This document shows, in pieces, positions 59,968 to 64,000 of a stretch of 64,000 nt of DNA. Origin of the DNA: Clostridia bacterium (GTDB lineage Bacteria; Bacillota; Clostridia; RGIG6154); contig JAGAJK010000045.1 of assembly GCA_017626145.1 (NCBI GenBank), forward strand, positions 3,375 through 67,374, in the 5' to 3' direction. The notes beneath the pieces are model-generated. The model saw nothing but the letters and a program-made list of their open reading frames with translations. It had not been told where the DNA came from and did not search any database. Numbering within the stretch: the first letter of the stretch is position 1; every line of letters starts with the position of its first letter. The translations under genes and the position numbers were made by a program.

Positions 59968-60101
59968 CAACAAAGTAGATTTATCTCACCCTGAGCGAAG
60001 TAAAAGGGTTAATATTCTGTATTGGCTTTATGCTTTTTATGGGGAGAGGACTGCTTTGGGCGGTTCTTTTTTTGAACCGTAAAATATGGAGGTGTATAGT
60101 T
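59968..60101 (+). promoter_or_regulatory. infC leader with a terminator-like hairpin (candidate L20-responsive leader)
   Basis: A leader of about 130 nt. Hairpin GGACTGC-TTTGG-GCGGTTC (60048-60066, two G-U pairs) is followed by T7 (60067-60073), just upstream of the infC SD. Confidence 0.45.
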
Positions 60102-60617
60102 ATTAGCAGTAAACAGGAGCATCTGATTAATGAACAGATAAGAGATAAGGAAGTAAGACTTATTTCTGACGACGGTGAACAGCTTGGAATAATGAGTGCG
60201 AAGGAAGCACTTAACATCGCTGTTCAGAGAAATCTTGATCTGGTGAAAATTTCACCTAATGCAAATCCACCTGTATGTAAGGTTATGGATTACGGTAAAT
60301 TCCGTTTTGATGCAGCAAAAAGAGAAAAAGAATCCAGAAAGAACCAGAATGTTGTAAACATTAAGGAAATCCGTCTTTCACCGGCAACCGATGACCATGA
60401 TTTACAAACTAAAATCAATCAGGCAAGAAAGTTTCTTGAAAAGAAGGATAAGGTAAAGGTTACGGTAAGATTCAGAGGCAGAGAAGTCGCTTACGTTAAA
60501 GCAGGCGAGGAAGTGCTCGACAAGTTTGCTGATGCTGTGCTTGATATCGCAACAGTTGATAAAAAAGCTAAGCTTGAGGGTAAGAATATGTCAATGTTCA
60601 TAGCCCCTAAAAACTAA
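60102..60617 (+). CDS. infC: translation initiation factor IF-3 (ATT start codon)
   Basis: LINEQIRDKEVRLISDDGEQLGI is the conserved N-terminus. The only well-placed initiator is ATT at 60102, 7 nt after GGAGGTG. The track's ATG at 60030 adds an implausible 24-aa extension. Confidence 0.88.
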   Translation: MSSKQEHLINEQIRDKEVRLISDDGEQLGIMSAKEALNIAVQRNLDLVKISPNANPPVCKVMDYGKFRFDAAKREKESRKNQNVVNIKEIRLSPATDDHDLQTKINQARKFLEKKDKVKVTVRFRGREVAYVKAGEEVLDKFADAVLDIATVDKKAKLEGKNMSMFIAPKN

Positions 60618-60651
60618 TACAGTATTATAAAATTCGGAAGGAGAATAAAAA

Positions 60652-60849
60652 ATGCCTAAGTTAAAAACACACAGAGCTGCAGCAAAGAGATTCAGCTTAA
60701 CAAAAACCGGTAAAGTAAAAAGAGGCAGTGCTTACAGAAGCCACATCTTAACCAAGAAGACAACAAAGAGAAAAAGAGGATTAAGAAAGATGGCATATGC
60801 ATCACCTGCTAATGCTAAGGTAATCAAGAAGTTAATCCCTTACAAATAA
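60652..60849 (+). CDS. rpmI: 50S ribosomal protein L35
   Basis: 65 aa ([14 protein letters not shown]). Confidence 0.96.
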   Translation: MPKLKTHRAAAKRFSLTKTGKVKRGSAYRSHILTKKTTKRKRGLRKMAYASPANAKVIKKLIPYK

Positions 60850-60878
60850 TTAATTGAGAAAAACTGGAGGTAATATAA

Positions 60879-61232
60879 ATGGCTCGTATTAAAGGCGCTG
60901 TTACAACAAGAAAACGTCATAAAAGAATATTAAAGCTTGCAAAAGGATACAGAGGTGCGAAAAGCAAACAGTTCAGAACAGCTAATCAGGCTGTAATGAA
61001 GTCACTCGTGTATGCTTATGTTGGCAGAAAGCAGAAGAAGAGAGAATTCAGACAGCTTTGGATTTCAAGAATCAACGCTGCTGCAAGAATGAACGGAATT
61101 TCATATTCACAGTTCATGAACGGTCTTAAGAAGGCTGAAATCGCTTTAAACAGAAAGGTACTTGCTGAAATCGCAGTATCTGATGCTGAAGCATTCAAGG
61201 CTCTTGTAGAAAAAGCAAAAGCTGCTCTTTAA
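60879..61232 (+). CDS. rplT: 50S ribosomal protein L20
   Basis: 117 aa ([26 protein letters not shown]). Confidence 0.97.
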   Translation: MARIKGAVTTRKRHKRILKLAKGYRGAKSKQFRTANQAVMKSLVYAYVGRKQKKREFRQLWISRINAAARMNGISYSQFMNGLKKAEIALNRKVLAEIAVSDAEAFKALVEKAKAAL

Positions 61233-61254
61233 TTCTTAAAACAGAGACAAAATT

Positions 61255-61287
61255 ACGCCGACACATTTATGTGTCGGTGTTTTTTTC
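61255..61287 (+). terminator. intrinsic terminator after rplT (copy 1 of a duplicated hairpin)
   Basis: ACGCCGACACA-TTTA-TGTGTCGGTGT followed by a T-run. Confidence 0.8.
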
Positions 61288-61385
61288 AGGCTGTCGAAAA
61301 AGTCGTTCTACCGCAAGCAGGATTATTTTTCTGAAGTATTACTATTTATAGCTTTAATTATTCAAATTTAATAATACTACTACTT

Positions 61386-61421
61386 AAAAAAGCCTATAAA
61401 CATCGAGTTTATAGGCTTTTT
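61386..61421. terminator. bidirectional intrinsic terminator inside the rplT/wall-protein intergenic region
   Basis: A6-GCCTATAAA-CATCGAG-TTTATAGGC-T5. Confidence 0.7.
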
Positions 61422-61540
61422 GCTTGCTTCTTGTCGAACGGGTTATTGCCGTACCATCGTACTGTCTGCAACCCGTTCGACAAAATATAACTTCCTTTTT
61501 CCTTGTCTGCCAGCGTGTCGATAAACCTATCGAAACGCTG

Positions 61541-61570
61541 ACACCGACACATTTATGTGTCGGTGTTTCT
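61541..61570. repeat. copy 2 of the 30-nt hairpin (28/30 identical to 61255-61284)
   Basis: ACACCGACACATTTATGTGTCGGTGTTTCT versus ACGCCGACACATTTATGTGTCGGTGTTTTT, a direct repeat 286 nt apart. Confidence 0.85.
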
Positions 61571-61575
61571 GCACT

Positions 61576-62877
61576 TTATCTTATAAAAACTTTATAGTCG
61601 GTATAATTTCCGTCAGAATCTTCTACTCTTGATAAATTGTTGTTTTCGTCGTAAATGCATTTATACCAATACTTATCTGAATCTTCAGAATAGACTAAAT
61701 TTCCCTTTTCATCATATTCGTACTTTACAAAGTATCCGTCTGAATCCTCACGGTATATTTCGTTACCATTATCGTCGAAGGTTGATTTTGAATAAAATCC
61801 TTCAGATGTTTCAAAATAAATCAGATTGTCATTTTCGTCATATTCATACTTAACAAAGTAACCGTCCGAATCGGCTTCATATGTAACAAGACCTGAATTG
61901 TTATATCTGGTTTCACTCCAGTAACCATCGCTGTCTTTGCAAAATGTTTCATTGCCATTACCGTCGTAGGTAGTTTCCTCCCAGTATCCGTTTGAGCTTT
62001 CAAAATATGTTTCTTTATTCCCTGAATATGTGGATTTATACCAGTTCCCATTAGAATCCTCAAAATAAATTTCGTTTCCGTTATCATCGAAATAGGATTT
62101 GCTCCAGCCTGTACTGTCCTCATTGTATACTGTATTGTTTTCTTTATCATACGTTGTCTTACACCAATAGCCTTCGGAAGTTTCATTGAATATCAGGTTA
62201 TCATCTTCATCATAAAGGAACTTAGACCATGAACCGTCGTGAAATTCCCATTGCACAGCATTACCTTTTTCGTCGTAGGTGTATCTCGACCACTCACCGT
62301 TTGAATTGTTGTAATAGGTTTCGTTCCCGTATTCATCATACTCATAGGTTGCCCAATATCCGTCAGATTCTTCTGTTTTTATTATGTTTCCGTTTTCGTC
62401 GTGAGTAACCTTTCTGATTACGTCACCAACTTTATCTTCAACAACTAAAGAAACAGGTATTTTCACCTTAGCGGTATACGTAGCGTCAATCCATTCAACC
62501 TCTAAATCAAATGCTTCTGCACAAGCTCTTAAAGGAACTAAGGTTCTGTCGTTTTTAAGCGTGGCAGGAACATCAATAATCTTTTCTTCACCGTTGATTT
62601 TCATAACATTGCTGTTAATTACAAGTTCGACAGTTGTATTGTCTTTTGTTGCAACAACCTTTTCTTCCTCATCTATGTAGGAAACATCAGCTCCGATTGC
62701 TTCAAAAACAGCTCTTACAGGGAGCATAGTACGGTCGTTTATCATAATCGGTGCAACATCTGTTTCAAGAAAATGTCCTCCAACCATAACATCAATAGGT
62801 CTTTCAGCCCAGACTGTGAGAGCTAAAACAATCAATGTTGAAATAAATGTAAATACAAATGTGAGTCTTTTTTTCAT
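61576..62877 (-). CDS. secreted protein with two copper amine oxidase N-terminal-like domains and about 12 YD-type repeats
   Basis: 433 aa. Signal peptide, then two stalk-like domains (INDRTMLPVRAVFEAIG, KNDRTLVPLRACAEAF). These are followed by repeats of roughly 21 aa of the form Y(E/T)YDExGN..Y.E.SDG.W. Confidence 0.75.
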   Translation of the reverse strand: MKKRLTFVFTFISTLIVLALTVWAERPIDVMVGGHFLETDVAPIMINDRTMLPVRAVFEAIGADVSYIDEEEKVVATKDNTTVELVINSNVMKINGEEKIIDVPATLKNDRTLVPLRACAEAFDLEVEWIDATYTAKVKIPVSLVVEDKVGDVIRKVTHDENGNIIKTEESDGYWATYEYDEYGNETYYNNSNGEWSRYTYDEKGNAVQWEFHDGSWSKFLYDEDDNLIFNETSEGYWCKTTYDKENNTVYNEDSTGWSKSYFDDNGNEIYFEDSNGNWYKSTYSGNKETYFESSNGYWEETTYDGNGNETFCKDSDGYWSETRYNNSGLVTYEADSDGYFVKYEYDENDNLIYFETSEGFYSKSTFDDNGNEIYREDSDGYFVKYEYDEKGNLVYSEDSDKYWYKCIYDENNNLSRVEDSDGNYTDYKVFIR

Positions 62878-63004
62878 AACTGACCTCCTTGGTTATTCCT
62901 TAAGTAAATTATACTATGTAGTCTGCTAAAAGTCAAACGAAAATATCGTTACAGTAAGTGTTATGCACTTTAAAGAGTGATTGACATAAAATAAGGTAAG
63001 GGAG

Positions 63005-63277
63005 GTGTGTGGTATTTATTCATTAATTGTTTTAACGTCGGTAACGGCGGCAAAAAGAGTTGAAAAGGCAGCAAACGATTATTTCTTGCATTGCAGCACA
63101 ATGCGTACCCCTAAAACACTCTCAAATCACGGATGCAGTTATTCGGTGAAAGTAAAAAGTGAAAATCTTAGACAAACCTTTTCAATAGCCGAGAAGATGG
63201 GACTTAAAATTTACGGGGTTTTCAATGAATTAAAGGAAGCCGGTAAAATCAATTATGTAAAGGTAGATATGAAATGA
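63005..63277 (+). CDS. DUF3343-like small protein (start codon uncertain)
   Basis: About 87-90 aa. LIVLTSVTAAKRVEKAA...MRTPKTLSNHGCSYSVKV resembles the DUF3343 pattern. There is no ATG near the 5' end; candidates are GTG 63005 (inside the SD) and ATT 63014. Confidence 0.5.
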   Translation: MCGIYSLIVLTSVTAAKRVEKAANDYFLHCSTMRTPKTLSNHGCSYSVKVKSENLRQTFSIAEKMGLKIYGVFNELKEAGKINYVKVDMK

Positions 63278-64000
63278 TATATTTTGACAATGGAGCAACT
63301 ACTCTTAAAAAGCCCTCCTCTGTGTATAAAAAAATAATGTATGTTATGAAAAAAGCGGGAGGAAATCCCGGCAGAGGCGGACACTTAATGGCAGACAAAG
63401 CATCAGATGAGATATTTAAAACAAGAGTTGCCGTAAGTGAATTTTTCGGCATACCAAATCCGCAATGTGTTTGTTTTACCAATAATGCCACAACAGCCTT
63501 AAATTATGCAATAAAAGGCTGTCTTAATGAAGGTGACCACGTAATAATATCCCATTATGAGCACAACTCGGTTTATCGTCCTGTGCATAAGCTTTCGTCA
63601 AAGGGTATAAGCTATACTGTTGCTGAAAGTGTTGATGTAGAAGCTTTGGATTCGCTTATACGCGAAAACACAAAAATGATAATTGTAAATCACGTTTCAA
63701 ATGTGTGCGGTAATACAGCTGATATAAAGAAAATCGGAGCTTTTGCAAAAGAAAAGGGAATAATTTTTATGGTGGATGCTTCCCAGTCTGCAGGACATAT
63801 TAGAATAGATGTTACAGATTATAATATAGATATTCTTGCCACCGCAGGACACAAGTCGTTGTTTGGTATGCAAGGAAGTGGTATTCTTTATATAAAAGAA
63901 GGAATTGAGCTTGATACAACCATAGAGGGTGGAACAGGAAGTATGTCGCTTTACAGACTTCAGCCTGACATTATGCCGGATCGTTTTGAAGCAGGGACAC
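63274..64000 (+). CDS. cysteine desulfurase family aminotransferase (class V), 3' end outside window
   Basis: Absent from the ORF track because no stop falls in the window. My translation is MIYFDNGATTLKKPSSV...NATTALN...HYEHNSV...VNHVSNVCG...DASQSAGH...ATAGHKSLFG. The ATG overlaps the upstream TGA (ATGA). Confidence 0.85.
   Translation, partial: MIYFDNGATTLKKPSSVYKKIMYVMKKAGGNPGRGGHLMADKASDEIFKTRVAVSEFFGIPNPQCVCFTNNATTALNYAIKGCLNEGDHVIISHYEHNSVYRPVHKLSSKGISYTVAESVDVEALDSLIRENTKMIIVNHVSNVCGNTADIKKIGAFAKEKGIIFMVDASQSAGHIRIDVTDYNIDILATAGHKSLFGMQGSGILYIKEGIELDTTIEGGTGSMSLYRLQPDIMPDRFEAGT

Noticed and set aside
61576-62877. Interpreting the YD-repeat gene as an Rhs/polymorphic toxin system
   Set aside because: It is only 433 aa. 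It has no Rhs core (PxxxxDPxGL-type) motif, no C-terminal toxin and no immunity ORF, and the downstream region is non-coding hairpins.
1-64000. Search for CRISPR arrays, transposase, integrase or recombinase genes, prophage blocks, tRNA or rRNA genes and known defence-system genes
   Set aside because: I found no regularly spaced direct repeats, no recognisable mobile-element enzymes, and no cloverleaf-sized conserved RNA in the few intergenic gaps over 150 nt. AddAB is housekeeping recombination, not a defence island.

Overview
This is a chromosomal core region of a low-GC Firmicute, most likely class Clostridia. Supporting markers are SigH, AddAB, a KOW-domain gene between map and infA, and SLH and copper-amine-oxidase-like 'stalk' wall proteins.

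Layout:
- 0-9 kb: a carbohydrate and accessory block. It holds a GH2-like fragment, a sugar-phosphate isomerase, AzlCD, a polysaccharide deacetylase, AraC with two glycosidase-like genes, and a RimK-like ATP-grasp gene.
- 9.2-24.7 kb: an intact S10-spc-alpha ribosomal protein cluster of 32 genes from rpsJ to rplQ, including secY, adk, map, infA, rpoA, and rpmJ, which the ORF track misses.
- 24.8-35.4 kb: tcdA, mnmA, transporters, small phosphatases, a GH94-like phosphorylase and a VanY-like peptidase.
- 35.6-40.6 kb: a tightly coupled prfB-prfA-membrane protein-sigH-HisRS-like gene string.
- 40.6-46.4 kb: pgeF, araB, a Cys-rich protein, an SLH wall protein and an M23 peptidase.
- 46.5-53.3 kb: addA and addB.
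- 53.4-59.8 kb: two small divergent genes, then a minus-strand run of radical SAM, Ppx/GppA, aminotransferase, Lrp, DivIVA-like and an orphan WalK-like kinase.
- 59.9-64 kb: infC-rpmI-rplT with leader, a YD-repeat wall protein, and a DUF3343-like gene with a 3'-truncated cysteine desulfurase.

I saw no CRISPR array, transposase or integrase, tRNA or rRNA, and no recognisable defence island.

The most unusual observation is that the programmed +1 frameshift site of prfB reads CTT TAG C. That is an RF1-specific stop, where the canonical site has the RF2-specific TGA. prfA overlaps the end of prfB. Everything rests on reading the sequence by eye, with no database searches, so family assignments are recognition-based and rarity claims are untested.
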